From: Cyanidioschyzon merolae
Taxonomy: Eukaryota
DNA: 64,000 nt
Reading direction: 5' to 3' (one strand)
NCBI GenBank assembly: GCA_000091205.1
Contig: AP006489.2
Made by a program: the position numbers and the translations under genes. The notes beneath the pieces were generated by a model. That model did no database searches and was not told the origin of the DNA. It was given only the letters and a program-made list of their open reading frames with translations. Below, piece after piece: positions 22,226-34,552 of the stretch (the first letter of the stretch is position 1; each line of letters starts with the position of its first letter).

Positions 22226-23713
22226 ATGAACGCTAAACCCGAACAGCTTCAAGCGCGAGGCGGTGCTTTGCTGACTCCTCGAAGCTCAACCGCGCCGGGT
22301 GCTTTCCTTGCGGCATCGGCTGGCGTGCGCCTCTTGGTTGGCGGGTGGACAACTCGTGGAGGCACCTGTCGTCAGCGCAGTACGCGTCGTACCCCGGCCC
22401 GATGGGTCTGCATGGACCAGGGTGCTGCACCCGTGGGCACGAGGAAGAGCATCCAGGCGCTGGAGAACGCGCTCCAACCTACGGCGTTCCACCGACGCGT
22501 CACCATTTTGGGAAGCACCGGGAGCATTGGAACGCAAACCCTGGATATTGTGCGCTCTTGTCCGGACAAGTTTTCTGTCGTAGCGTTGGCGGCGAACGGT
22601 TCAAACGTAGAGCTTCTCGCGGAGCAGACGCACGAGTTTTCGCCCGAACTTGTCGCTATACGTGATACTGCCCGCCTCGAGACCTATCGGGAGGCGCTGC
22701 GGCAGCGTGGCGTCCCGGAACCGCCGCACATTGTTGCTGGCGAAGACGGTGTCGTCGAGTGTGCGCGATACGGTGACGCAGATGTCGTTGTCACTGGGCT
22801 TGTTGGATGTGCGGGTCTCTTGCCCACAGTTGCTGCGATCAAGGCCCGAAAAGACATTGCGCTGGCGAACAAGGAAACACTGATCGCGGGCGGCCCCGTG
22901 GTCGTGCCCCTAGTTCACGAGTACGGCATTCATCTGACTCCAGCCGACTCAGAGCACTCTGCGTTGTTCCAGTGTCTTCAGGGTGCGCCAGATGGCGCGC
23001 TTCGGCGCATCATTCTCACGGCGTCTGGTGGTGCATTTCGCGACTGGGATGTTTCGCGCTTAGCGCATGTGACTGCTGCAGATGCGCTCAAGCATCCGAA
23101 CTGGAACATGGGTCCGAAAATCACTTGCGATTCGGCGACGCTCATGAACAAGGGTCTGGAGGTTATTGAAGCGCATTTTCTCTTTGGCATCGATTACGAC
23201 GCCATCGAAATTGTCATCCATCCCCAGTCGATCATTCATTCGGCAGTCGAGTTTCAGGATACGAGCGTTCTCGCTCAACTCGGATGGCCAGATATGCGTC
23301 TTCCACTGTTGTACGCGCTGTCCTGGCCTCATCGGCTTCGGATTGAGACGTTTCGCCCACTGGATCTCGTTCAAGTGGGAAGTCTAACTTTTCGCGCGCC
23401 TGACCACGACAAGTATCCATGCATGCTTCTCGCGTACGCTGCGGGACGCCGTGGCGGTACCATGCCGGCGGTGCTGAACGCGGCGAACGAGGTCGCGGTG
23501 GAGCTTTTCCTGCGTAACGAACTGGAGTTTATGGGGATTCCCGCGGTCATCGAGCGCACCATGCAGCGGCATGACACAAGCGACTGGAAACAAACACCTA
23601 CTTTGGATGATCTCATTGCTGCAGATGCTTGGGCGCGTCGCACGGCACGAGAGGAGGCCGCGAAGCGCCCGATCTACCCCGCCGGGGCTAACCTGGAGAC
23701 GCAAAAGACGTAG
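22226..23713 (+). CDS. DXR: 1-deoxy-D-xylulose 5-phosphate reductoisomerase (DXR/IspC, MEP pathway). The start is ambiguous: the ORF is open from 21800, through the minisatellite. ATG 22226 gives a roughly 60-aa presequence and ATG 22412 lies just upstream of the catalytic core.
   Basis: [141 protein letters not shown] are collinear with bacterial/plastid DXR. Confidence 0.9.
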   Translation: MNAKPEQLQARGGALLTPRSSTAPGAFLAASAGVRLLVGGWTTRGGTCRQRSTRRTPARWVCMDQGAAPVGTRKSIQALENALQPTAFHRRVTILGSTGSIGTQTLDIVRSCPDKFSVVALAANGSNVELLAEQTHEFSPELVAIRDTARLETYREALRQRGVPEPPHIVAGEDGVVECARYGDADVVVTGLVGCAGLLPTVAAIKARKDIALANKETLIAGGPVVVPLVHEYGIHLTPADSEHSALFQCLQGAPDGALRRIILTASGGAFRDWDVSRLAHVTAADALKHPNWNMGPKITCDSATLMNKGLEVIEAHFLFGIDYDAIEIVIHPQSIIHSAVEFQDTSVLAQLGWPDMRLPLLYALSWPHRLRIETFRPLDLVQVGSLTFRAPDHDKYPCMLLAYAAGRRGGTMPAVLNAANEVAVELFLRNELEFMGIPAVIERTMQRHDTSDWKQTPTLDDLIAADAWARRTAREEAAKRPIYPAGANLETQKT

Positions 23714-26620
23714 GAGAGCACCACGCTCGACCAGCTCGCCGACGATCCCTGGCCTGAGACGCATCGGCGGGAACGCTGTAGTGGCGATGAGGTGAACGAC
23801 TGCAAATCTCGATCGCTGGCTACGCTGCGGGTACTGGTCGTTGCCCTCACGAGAACTCGGACCGGATCTTGGCTTGTTGATGATGGGCATACAATGCTAT
23901 TGGACAACGACGGGATGGCATTCACCCAGAGGCCTGTTGTCGTCAACATCTGTCTTGGCCGTGTTCAGGAAGGAGCAACGCTCGCGCTGCAGCAAGCGGG
24001 GGTGCCTCTACACAATAGAGCCGTATCTAAAGCAGGACAGCATCGCTATGTCAACGCGGTGTCTCTCGCTTATACGTAGCACTATCGAAGAATGGAGCAC
24101 CATGCTGTGCCATCGATTGCTCGGGAAAAACGTTCCCGATGTGTAGATACATGGCGCTCCAGCTTTCTTTTATCGCCGAATCGTACCTGACCAGTACATT
24201 GATCCAGGGGAGAATGCAGTCCCCTCTCCCATTCATGGTCACCTTTTTTTAATCGAGGGTGTTCGGAATTTCAGCACACTGTCCGTACTGAATACAAAAC
24301 CGTTTCCTTGAAAGCGCGCTCGACTTTAGCTGCCGGACGCTCCCGAAGCATGAGACAGATCCGGATGTTGATTGAGGCGTTCGGCTCTTGGTTCGGACAC
24401 TGCTTTTCCGCATCGGTGCAGCGGAGCCTGACCATAGAAAGCCCCTCAGCTTCCGATTGCCACGCCATGTGACTTCCAGCCAGCTTACCACGCCTCATCT
24501 CACGCATCCGGCTCCGTTTCACGCCCTTCTTCTATACCTGTTTCAGCGTGCACCCGTGCTCGTGATCCGTGCACGTCGTCGTCTTGAACGCATCAACGCG
24601 AATCGTACAGAATCGGTTCCTGAACTCGTTGAAGGCTCTCGTGTAAGGAGCAAGCGTGCCGTCCCGGCGTGGCACTGTACGTCCAGCACCAGAGGATACA
24701 ATTAAGCGATACGATTCGTCGGTAATATCCGTTCCCAACTCATTGACCAAGTTATCGAATGCAAGTTTCTTGCTTCTGTACAACAGTGACTCTAGGCTAG
24801 CAGAGCGCTCTCTCGTGTACGTTTGCCAAATATCGTCCGTGCGAGTTCTTCGGACGCCCAGAAACGCGCTAGAAAAGGCGCACGATACATTCGCTGCATG
24901 CTCGATACAGCGCACAGAGCGTCGAGGTAGGTGCTGATATTTCCCTCCATCATTCCACTTGTTCATATGCGTCTTGGCCTCGCTCATGGCGGACGATCGA
25001 TCGTGCCGGGCCCTGGAAAGTTTGAATAGCGTGAACTGCTTTCGTAGCGGGTGTTTGGCACCGTTCTCTTGATTTTAGGGGTGCGGCGGCGACGGTGGCT
25101 ACGATGTTCTAATAAGCGGGGTCCACGCTCTTTACGGACTGAAGCTCTCTTCGTCTACCCTGAATGATTGAAGACGAGTCTCGTTTGCCGGTTTGATACT
25201 TTTTGGCCCCGGTGCGGTAGGATTTTCGTGAATCGCCGGGATAGCGCCGCGACGCGGCAAACGACTCCGAGAAGCACAAGTGCAAACCTCTGACCCGACG
25301 ATCAGACCGAATTGCGTCTTCTGCACCGTGTATCAATTGTACTGTTGCACGCAAGCTTGATGAAAGAGTTCCGCAAGAATTTGGACGGTAGACAGTCCTG
25401 CGTCCCGAACTCCGAGGAAGAGCTGCTTGACGAGGCTCATCATGGCATGAGGAGCTAAGCAACTAAGCCTCGAGTCAGAAGCTACGGGATCCGTCATTCG
25501 CGTCCTGCATCCTGCATTTTGAAACATTCTCCATGTTTATTTTTCTGGATATGAGATCTTGACACTGCGTCCGGAATGACTCTACCGTTGGTTCCAGTGC
25601 CTGCTCGCCCCCGTCTTTGTCGATCTGTCTCGTTCTTGTCAGATAGAGTCTGCTCCATTTCTTTTTCTTGGCAAAGTGGCATGGATGGGTTCGCTAGACT
25701 CCACGTCCGTTTCTCCCTCGGGATACAGGCGCACTGGATGGATCCTGACACTGAAATCCATCCCCTCTTTGTGTGTACCACTCCTCACGCGCCGTTTCGT
25801 TGTCTTCTCCGATGCGAGCACAGCTGCGGACCGTGCGCACCGCTCCGCTGCCTCCCGCGAACGCGAAGAGAAGCGACACAGCACACCGGGGGCCGGCGAA
25901 GCCAGAGAGCAACGAATGGATGAACGGTTTCACCGATGCGAACGAGTGTCCCATTGATTTGAGAGGGTGAAAATAACGTTTGTCAACATCGAAGACGTCT
26001 TCGACTGGGTTGATCCATGGGCAATAGCACGATAAGGAGAGCAGCGCAACATGAATGTCGATTGTGCACTACGCAACCGTTCCGCATTGATCGAAAGCGA
26101 CGTTATCTAAGAACGGAACAGAAGAAGGCGGGAAGCTCAAGCTACGCTTCGTGTTTCTTGGATCGCTGAGCTACGAAAAGATCTGGTATGTATGTCGATT
26201 TGTAGGCGACCACACGATTGAATCGCTTCTAGTCCTGGTGGCCTCGTAACGGCCAATCGTACCTTGTTTGCGATCAGCGGCCCGCCAGTGTTTGAGTAGT
26301 CGTATTGAGGTCTACCGTTTTCGGTGCATACAGGCTCGGTGAATGCGACAAACATCCGTCTGTCCTGAGGTAAGCGTTCGTGCTTCAGTGCGACACCGAT
26401 TCTGAGCAGTTCTACAAGCGACACTTGTCATCGAAGCGCCTTGCTTTTTCTTTCCATCTGTGTCTCTTCATCACCGTTCGGATCTATATTATGCGAGCTT
26501 TATATTCTGTGGCTTTTCGACAGTATACCTAAAAGGACGCACCGCGTGCAATGGACTGACGAGCAGACAGTCACATGGGCAGTGTTTGGCGATTCTATCT
26601 TTGGGAGCACGACCTTCGGG

Positions 26621-27220
26621 CTATGCACGAACAGAAGCGTCATTCGTGCACCAGATGAGCATAGAGTGACTGACGCGTAAAAGCGATGCTCTTTTTCGTA
26701 GGCTGGTAATGACAGCATCCCAAATCTCAGCAACATTGCTTCGATCCACTGAATTCATTCCTTTTATTGAATACTTGCGAGAAAAACATACAAGAAGAAA
26801 TAGGGCTTGCTTTAGAGGGGTATTCCAGAGCGCATGGCCCCAGCTATAACGCCAGCGTTTCTCGATGTCGCCCTTGTGTCGATATCGCTGACCCGTTGCG
26901 TGCTGCCGGAGACAGACTGCTTGGAAAAAACGACCTCCATCGGTGCACATCTGCTTCATCCACGCAAAAATAAAATCGAACAGTTCCTCTGACCTACCTC
27001 GGACGTATGCGATGAAGCTTGGGTGCCTTTCCACTGTCAGCGACAAGAGTCCCCGTGGGCTCTTCTCTGAAGGATTCCTTTTTCGTTCGCTTGTCTCAGA
27101 CTCGAAATACTCTGGTCGTTTCTGTTCCGCAAGCTCCATCATCAGCAGTCGAAAGTCGTTGACGGCAGCGTGAATATCCCAAATTGGCAGCTTCAGGCTG
27201 TTTCTGACCATTTCGTGCAC
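26621..27220 (-). pseudogene. Longest member (199 aa) of a chain of short, frame-shifting minus-strand ORFs spanning about 24.0-28.5 kb in a lower-GC island. It may be an exon of an intron-containing or degenerate gene.
   Basis: Consecutive same-strand ORFs (24532..24987, 25109..25462, 26621..27220, 27268..27657, 27639..28055, 28113..28487) abut or overlap in different frames. No family was recognised and the local GC is clearly lower than in the flanking genes. Confidence 0.2.
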
Positions 27221-28755
27221 AGGCCAAAGCTGCGGTGGACTCTTCGCTTGCCGTGTTCATCTTCTTCCTACCAAGCCTCGATGTGCATTTCGCAGTGTTG
27301 ACACCTGGTGAGGTCAGATGTTCTCATGTGTCCGCCATCACTCGTCATCTGTGGACCGGACTGTGGCGCGTAAAGACCTGCTTCATCGCACGGCACATGC
27401 TCTTGAGTGATGGCGACGGCTCGATTCGATACCCTCTCGCTTTTGCACGCCTGTCGCCGTACCCTACGATTCCGGGCTTCTTCTCGACGATACCGTCGGC
27501 GAGTGCGCTGGCCGGCGCACAACCAAGCGCACGTCTTTCTATTTGATGGAGGATCTGTGAAATGCGATACTGTGCATGATGAAACAGGTCCCGGGAGGAA
27601 ATCCGGATTACCGAACAAGTCGAGATATGTTGATCCGTCTACACTCCTAGCGTGCAAAGCGGTGACGCACGCTCCACTGGAAGCAATTGCTTTGATGACT
27701 CAAGTCGGTGTCCACGACTGTTTTCTATGTAAACAGAAGAGAAGGGGCCTCTGAAAGCGTATCCCATGAACGGTGTCATGCAGCTGTCGAATACCGATTC
27801 TTCACTGAACACAGAGAGACAAGCGCTTGTCCCAAGAGCAAAATCGATTACTTGACGTGAAAAAGTTGGTGAGCTTTCGGCATAAGCTTCTAAACAAGTC
27901 GCCAGGGACGACGCCCAGTTCGTTGCTTCGTCAATCCAGTTTTGTTCGTTGCTGCGTCGACGACTCGCCTTGCAACAGAGATATCGAAAACTTGCAGAAT
28001 GCCTGGTTTGAGCATGCTGTACATAAGGAAAGCAGAAATATGGAGGCTTGCCCATACGTAGTGCTTCCTGAGATCAGTTATTTTCGCAATCGCGGATCGC
28101 AGGCTCCGCGATTCATCTCGATTCTCGTTGCGTCACGGATTCCAGCGGAAAAGAGCGGCAGAGGTTCCGCTCCAGAATGACGACGGCGAATCCTCCAGCT
28201 ATATATGAGTTCGTCAGCTCTAATTGATACAATTTGAACGTCAAGGCTGCACATTTGATAGAAAAGTTCAGAACCGCCATCAAAACGCAGAAACAGAGCA
28301 ACCGGCTCCGTTTTTCAGGTGCATCTGACAGCCAATCGTTGTGAGCGCAGTCAGCGGCGACATCATGGATTCCGTGAAGAGGCAACCGCTCCGCATTGGA
28401 CACGCTATCGGAGATACCTTTTCTTCCAAACGATCCCATACCTGTGGAATATCGGCGGGGTTGTTTAAGAAACCCAAGTGCTCGCATCTAAGCTCGCGCC
28501 ACGTCGAGCGCACGCGCTGCACCTATCCCGCGTTGCGTATGATGCCGCTTCCCGAGACGGCCCTGCAACGCGATCGTGGACAGAAACCAGACCCCGGAGT
28601 GTCAATAATCCAGGCGCTTGGAGTCAGCAACCGGGATGCGTCGATAAATCGTGCGATTCGAGCTAGCGCTACTGATACCGCTCCGCCGGCGTCGTCGTTT
28701 TCTCTCTATTTTCTAGTACGAACGCGATTGTGTTTGTGTTTGAGTAAATCGTGCT

Positions 28756-30414
28756 TCATGGCAGACGCTGCCGTCGAACTGCTCGCGGGAACTGCAGCGG
28801 CAAGCGATCAAGCGACACAAATAGACCACTGCGATTGGCGCCACTTGGGCTGTTTGGTGCCGCAGAACGCACCCGTCGCACACTCAGGCCCATGTACTTG
28901 AAGTAGGTAGCGCAACGAGCAGGCGGCAGACGCAGAGCCTCCGCCAAAGCATCGACGGGCTGGTCTTGAAAACCACTGCAGTGCAAGTACAGAACGAGGA
29001 TATGATGCAGCATGCGCTCTTTTTCCACTATTCTTTTGGTCTCGGTAGAATCTGCTTGAGTGAAAATCTCCAGCAGAAGCTTACCCAGCCAGGACGGCAG
29101 CCAGCGCAGCGGCTCGGGCACATCGGCGGTATCTCCCGACAGACCGTGCTCACGAGACGCCGGTACGCGTAATTGTCGTGGCCAGCGATGGTAGCACTCC
29201 AGCAGAATCCAAAGGTAGAGGTGCGTGCATCGCTGTAAAAGAGGGTTCGAACCTACAGAAGCTGTCGTAGATGGCAGCGCTTCAGCGGCAGCGCTGGCGG
29301 GCGGCTGTTCTAGCGAGGTTGCCGTCTCTGTATCTGCGGTCTTTCGGGAACTCGTAAACTGTTCCCTCAGACTTTTCGCGTATTTCATATCGCTTCCAAG
29401 TGATTCAAGTTCGGTGGCATTGCTCTTGTATGCACTGAAGAAGCGGCTCGGGAGGCAGCCACCCAGCAGGGGATACGCTGTTTCAGGTGTCGTCGCCTCC
29501 GAGTTGTACGGCGGTACCAACCGAACGCTCTCGGTGGTGGCCTCTCGGAGACTCGGTGGCGGAGCTTCTCTCGAGATAGCATCGCGTTTGCGTACGTGGT
29601 CTGATGGACCGCGCTCCACTACGTCGGTAACGTGCTGGTTCAAAGAGTCCCCAGCGTCGTCGTCTGTGGCGTCTCCCTGGACAGCTGCCTCTGCCGCTTG
29701 CACGTTCTCATTCGTTACGTGGCGCGCCAAAGAGAGGGCACGTGCGCGTTTCTGGCGCTTGCTCCCAAACGCTGCAATGAGTGCGTTTCGCGCCTCGTGT
29801 GCTTCCCGGGACGCCTGCGACTGGACAGCGAGCTCGTCGGGGAGCTGAGCGCCGTCCGCTGCTGCAGTCTCTCCGGAGTTCTGCTGAAGCGCCAATGAAG
29901 GCACTAAAGAGCTCACTGTATTCGATGAACCCGCTCGAAGCGTGGCAGTGCTGGCGATCGGCACAATTTGTAGCTCCTGAGCTGCAGCATCGACAAAAAT
30001 CAACACGTGCTGACCGCTGGTCGCCTTTCGCCCAGCACTGGCCTCGAGACGCGCCGTCCGCCAGGCCCCTGCCTCCCAGGGGCCATCGAGCTCAACCAGC
30101 GGACCTTCAAAGGACACAGTGCTGGTTTCCAGCTGGACCCTATTACGTTGATCGCGCTGCCAACGCAAGGGCCCCAGGGGGCAACGTGCCTCCGTGCAAC
30201 CGAGAAACCGGAGCAGAACCTTGCGCTGCGCTGCGTCCTGCACAACTCGTACACGCCAGCGCTTCTCTTCACTGTCCATGGTGACCAAAGGGTGTACTTG
30301 TTGCGACTCGTTGCAGTCACCGAGAGCCACAACAAAGCAGCGGTTCAAATGGACGGTGCCGAGGTGACCGATCGACCAGGAGCAGGGCACAGGGTGCCGC
30401 CTCTGTGATGCCAC
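28756..30414 (-). CDS. Hypothetical 552-aa protein. The N-terminal region has a weak, unverified resemblance to RNA polymerase I subunit A49/PAF53.
   Basis: Long uninterrupted ORF in a GC-rich, gene-like composition block. HVLIFVDAAAQELQIVPIA faintly resembles the A49/PAF53 dimerisation-domain segment. The C-terminal LHHILVLYLHCSGFQ...ATYFKYMGLSV looks globular. No decisive motif was found. Confidence 0.45.
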   Translation of the reverse strand: MASQRRHPVPCSWSIGHLGTVHLNRCFVVALGDCNESQQVHPLVTMDSEEKRWRVRVVQDAAQRKVLLRFLGCTEARCPLGPLRWQRDQRNRVQLETSTVSFEGPLVELDGPWEAGAWRTARLEASAGRKATSGQHVLIFVDAAAQELQIVPIASTATLRAGSSNTVSSLVPSLALQQNSGETAAADGAQLPDELAVQSQASREAHEARNALIAAFGSKRQKRARALSLARHVTNENVQAAEAAVQGDATDDDAGDSLNQHVTDVVERGPSDHVRKRDAISREAPPPSLREATTESVRLVPPYNSEATTPETAYPLLGGCLPSRFFSAYKSNATELESLGSDMKYAKSLREQFTSSRKTADTETATSLEQPPASAAAEALPSTTASVGSNPLLQRCTHLYLWILLECYHRWPRQLRVPASREHGLSGDTADVPEPLRWLPSWLGKLLLEIFTQADSTETKRIVEKERMLHHILVLYLHCSGFQDQPVDALAEALRLPPARCATYFKYMGLSVRRVRSAAPNSPSGANRSGLFVSLDRLPLQFPRAVRRQRLP

Positions 30415-31609
30415 CGCTGCGGTGTGCGTCGATACGAACCGATGATGATAGACCAGTTTTGTACATGTATGGATCTAAATATCAGGAATGCAATCAGAGG
30501 CGCTCATGGCAACGCGCGGCACCTGCTATGCAGCTTCGAGAAAGGCGATGTCAAGTCTCTGGTTTCCAAGCGCTCGTGTCAAACTGGGGAACCTGCTATG
30601 CAGCAACGAAAAAATACGTCAACTCTCCGGCTTTCTTGACCGAATCAGCGGTCGAAGATGCGTTTCATCGGGAGGAGAAAATGAGTCTTTAGGGTTAGAA
30701 GGGCAACACATATGCTCTGGTGTACGGAAGAGATGTACCGCTCGATGCTCCAACGGGGAGAGAACGGGCAACGAGCGGGAAGAAGTGATCCAAGGGGACG
30801 TTTGCGTTTCCAAGTTGAAGCTGAACTCTTTCTCCCGAGAACGTCATCGCGTACGAATAAAGTGCCTCGCCGCTTGTTTCTTCATCCTGATCAACTCACC
30901 GGAAATCGAGGCACACATCCTTGTGAACTTCTACATGCTGAGAACTCTCTCCCCGTCTCACGCGACCCTTGACCTAGTTCAAACGATTGTTTGTTTCCCG
31001 TCTGACAGGTACTGAAAGAATGTAGGTACGTGAAGGTCCGAAAATGGGCGAGCGAAGAGGCCACAAATACGCTCCCGTCCCCTGATTTTTTTCATTGACA
31101 AAACGTTTACTTAGGCCAGGGTTCGCCGATTATGCGCATTTTTCTTTTCTTACGTTTTTTTGTGTGTGCGTTTTTTTTCAGTGCGAGGTGAGGTATCCAT
31201 CAACCCCCTACATCTCCTGTCCCCTGATGGGAAGTTTTTCGCGCTTGCTGGATCGCCTGTACCGAGAGGAGCTGTAACGAACTCGAGAGGAACATCGGCT
31301 CGAGTTCCATGTCAAGTATTGGTGCATGCGTTCCGCTCTGACCCAAAAGAACCGAAGCGCAAACCGAGAGGCAAGAACGGTGCGCGTCAAGGAATCTGTA
31401 TTTTCTTCGAATGATGCAAATGCACCCGGAGCTTTCCATCACGAAGGCGGCGATAGAAACGACGCATATCCTAAGGAATTTTGGGTCACGTATCGCTCAT
31501 TACATCGAGCAGATGCATGGAGAGTAAACGATAAGCGTCTCCAAAGAGAAACAGAGATTGTCGGTGCCGCACCCGCTTGATCGTTGGTTAGTCTCGAGAT
31601 TCGTTTCCA

Positions 31610-31626
31610 CCCCCCCCCCCCCCCCC
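31610..31626. repeat. Poly(C) homopolymer of about 17 nt
   Basis: ccac + c x16 is read directly. It lies in a lower-GC, ORF-poor stretch. Confidence 0.85.
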
Positions 31627-34552
31627 GAGAGAAAGCAAAACCGAACATGTCCTTGGCGGCCGTGAGCGTGGAGGACAAGACGCATTCCCGAAGGCTTGTC
31701 TCTGAAGCATTCGTCGAAGACATCTTTGAGCCTTTCTCTGTATTACACACTGTTGGAAGCGCGTGTGAACGCTTCGAACACTTGTTGAGAATGCGGTGCA
31801 GAAGACAGAAGAGATGAACTCCGCCCCGAGACGTTCGCCCTCCGACCGAAGAAGCCTGGCTTCACAAATGGTCATATCTCTTGCAATTACTTGAGCGTCG
31901 TGAGCATCCAACGACGCCATGACATCGCGAAAAAGAATCACGACGAAACGCAATCAGGTGGAGAAATGCAGAGCAGGGCGTACGACGGAAACGTTGATAT
32001 CGAAGCTGCCGAAACTACAAACATTCCAATTGATTTCCGTTTTCTCCCGGATGCGTACGGTGCTAGCGTTTCATTGAGAGCGTCGAAGAATATCTCAGGG
32101 TAAATGGGAAACGATGAAAGCCTTCCGACTCTGAAAGATAACCAAAGACTTGTTGGCGTCTGGTCGGGTCTTCCCATACCTAGACAACTTTGTTGCCTCG
32201 ATTTCAGGGCGAAAGACGCGTCATCACAGCAGCAGAAGATACGTTCATGAGGCAACGTCCGTATACAGCGCGAGAAAGCATAAAAACAGAACCAACACAA
32301 GGGGGATGTGACTGCTCGTCTCTTCATTGGCGAGACGACGGACTCGGAAGCGTACAAAACTCATCTGCGAACATACTTGAGCGTGTTCCCCGAATGACTG
32401 AAACACATAACTCGTTCTGGGTTGCAGCGACTGCGATTCCTCCGTCACGTGCTCGAACAGAAAGCAACCCACGGGATTTGGACGCCCGTATGCTACTGAG
32501 TGACGAAGAGACGGTCATCGGGTGCGAGAACAGAGTGCGAGCGAGCATAGCGTCCGACCTCTCCGTCGCAAACGCGGTGCACTGACAGCGACAGATCAGA
32601 AGCTAAGGGAAATGCCGAATGTGTGTGTGTGTGTGACGAATATCGATGGTTCCCGGATGTCGACCAGGTGTTCCCGTTGCGCAGGTCGCTGCACGATTGT
32701 GAAAGCGATGCCGACGAAGTCCATGACCAGCAAAGAAACGAAAGAAAATGACAGGAGGTCGTATGGTACTCGAACTCACAAACTGCTGCACTGAATGCGT
32801 GTCAGATGCGAGGGCAGGAGAGTATTCGCCCACCCGAGGTACAACATGGAACTGTGAGGGCAACGAGTGCCGCAACATTCCGGAGATGTTGCGCATCAGC
32901 ACGAGAGGAGGTTAACAACCTGCACGGTTTCGCCGCGCGAGAGACAATGAAAAGCATAGTCCCCAGACGAAAAATCTCACCATCCTCCCAGACCAAAGCT
33001 CTCGAAGCGAAACAAACATTGCATGATCCTGGTTCTCGGATATAACGAGAATAATATTCTGGTACGGTCACAAGGAAGCAAGTGGGATGAAACGACTGTC
33101 CCGCAATGTTTACGCATGCCTGTACGGGATCAGCGAACTGCATCGATAAAGACGCCTTGTATAAGCGTTCAACATTATGCGCATGCTTTGTGCATGCTCT
33201 GAAACACAGTTCGTATCACGGCATACTCGTCGTCAGCGACATCCAAAATTCTAGTCTTTGGTATACGATGACACCTTCTGATGACTGATTCAGGGGCTGT
33301 TGTGGCCTCGGCGCCCGTCGCCTTCATGCTGCAACACCCAGCGCACAGGATTCCCCAGTCCGTATTCAGGTGCTTTCATCTACGGCCAGTGCTCTCTACG
33401 CTGAAACTCCTGATCGCCGACCGCAGCCTACACCCGGAACACCTGACCTATCGAGGCTGGAGCGGCTACGAGTGAATCCCAGCGATTGCTGACCAAGTTC
33501 CTACGTGTTCCTCAATCCAGCGATATACGTTACGTGCGAAGAAAAACTCGAGTCCAAACATGATGCGACCCACCTGAGAAAGCGGCATGTCGCCCGGGCT
33601 TGCACCCTCACGGGGACCAGCGTGTCCCCGATTTGTTTCGTGGCTTTCGCATGGGTTGCAGGAGGCGCGTACCCTCGGACCCGCCGTTTCCTAGAAGGAC
33701 GAGCTTGCGCTTTATAAGATGCGCACCGCTCGCTCGCATCCATACGACGGTAGCGGCTGACGTTTAACTGCTTGTCACGAGCATCTGCGGGACATTTCAG
33801 CTGGTGCAGAGGCTTCGACGCGCTTGTTCGGCGCAGGTGCTGTCTACGGATTGTAGGGGGCACTCGTCAGCCCATGAGACTGCAACGGCATTCGCAGGCG
33901 CCTTGCGTCACACTTTTCAAGTCTGGCCCCTGATATCGTCTTTAGCGATTGACTGGCGGGCAGGACGCTTCGCTAAGTGCAATACGTAGCTTGAAGGAAA
34001 CGCTTAGTGATGCTTTGAAACGCAGGCTTCGTCCGCTGTTGGTCACATACGTCGTTCCGTGGCTAGCTGCTTGGCTCGAGAATCTCTGCAGCGTTTCTGT
34101 AACCCGATATTGCAGAACGTTTATCTGTATCATCATTCCAGCGCCTGCGACAGGGGAATCAGTGCCCCCGCGATCGCGTGATTGCAGAGGGTATATTCGC
34201 ATATCTGCAAGGAGCAAAGCGGAAAGCTGGGTCATGCTTTCGTGTAGTGCCCTCTCCGCATCGATAGCTCAAGTGCCTACGCCAGTGACGCCAAAGTTGC
34301 TGACGGGACTGAGCACGCACGATTTGAACGCGAGTACCGGCGCCGACACTGAACAATGATATCTGAAAGGCCCAGCTTGCAGGGCGTACTGAAACGTCAA
34401 GGCACCTACACCGCCGAGCATCCGCTCGAGCAGGTGCATGCGTTGATATCCAGCGCATGCTGAACCAGAGCCATATGCGCGTCTTCGGTGCCGACGGTAG
34501 ATGGTCGGAGACTCCAATCTCACGGATGTAAACGATGATCAACTCATTGTCG

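Noticed and set aside
29221-29250. T-loop-like gagggttcgaacctac string.
   Set aside because: The flanking sequence does not form a T-stem or the other tRNA arms, and it lies inside the 28756..30414 CDS.
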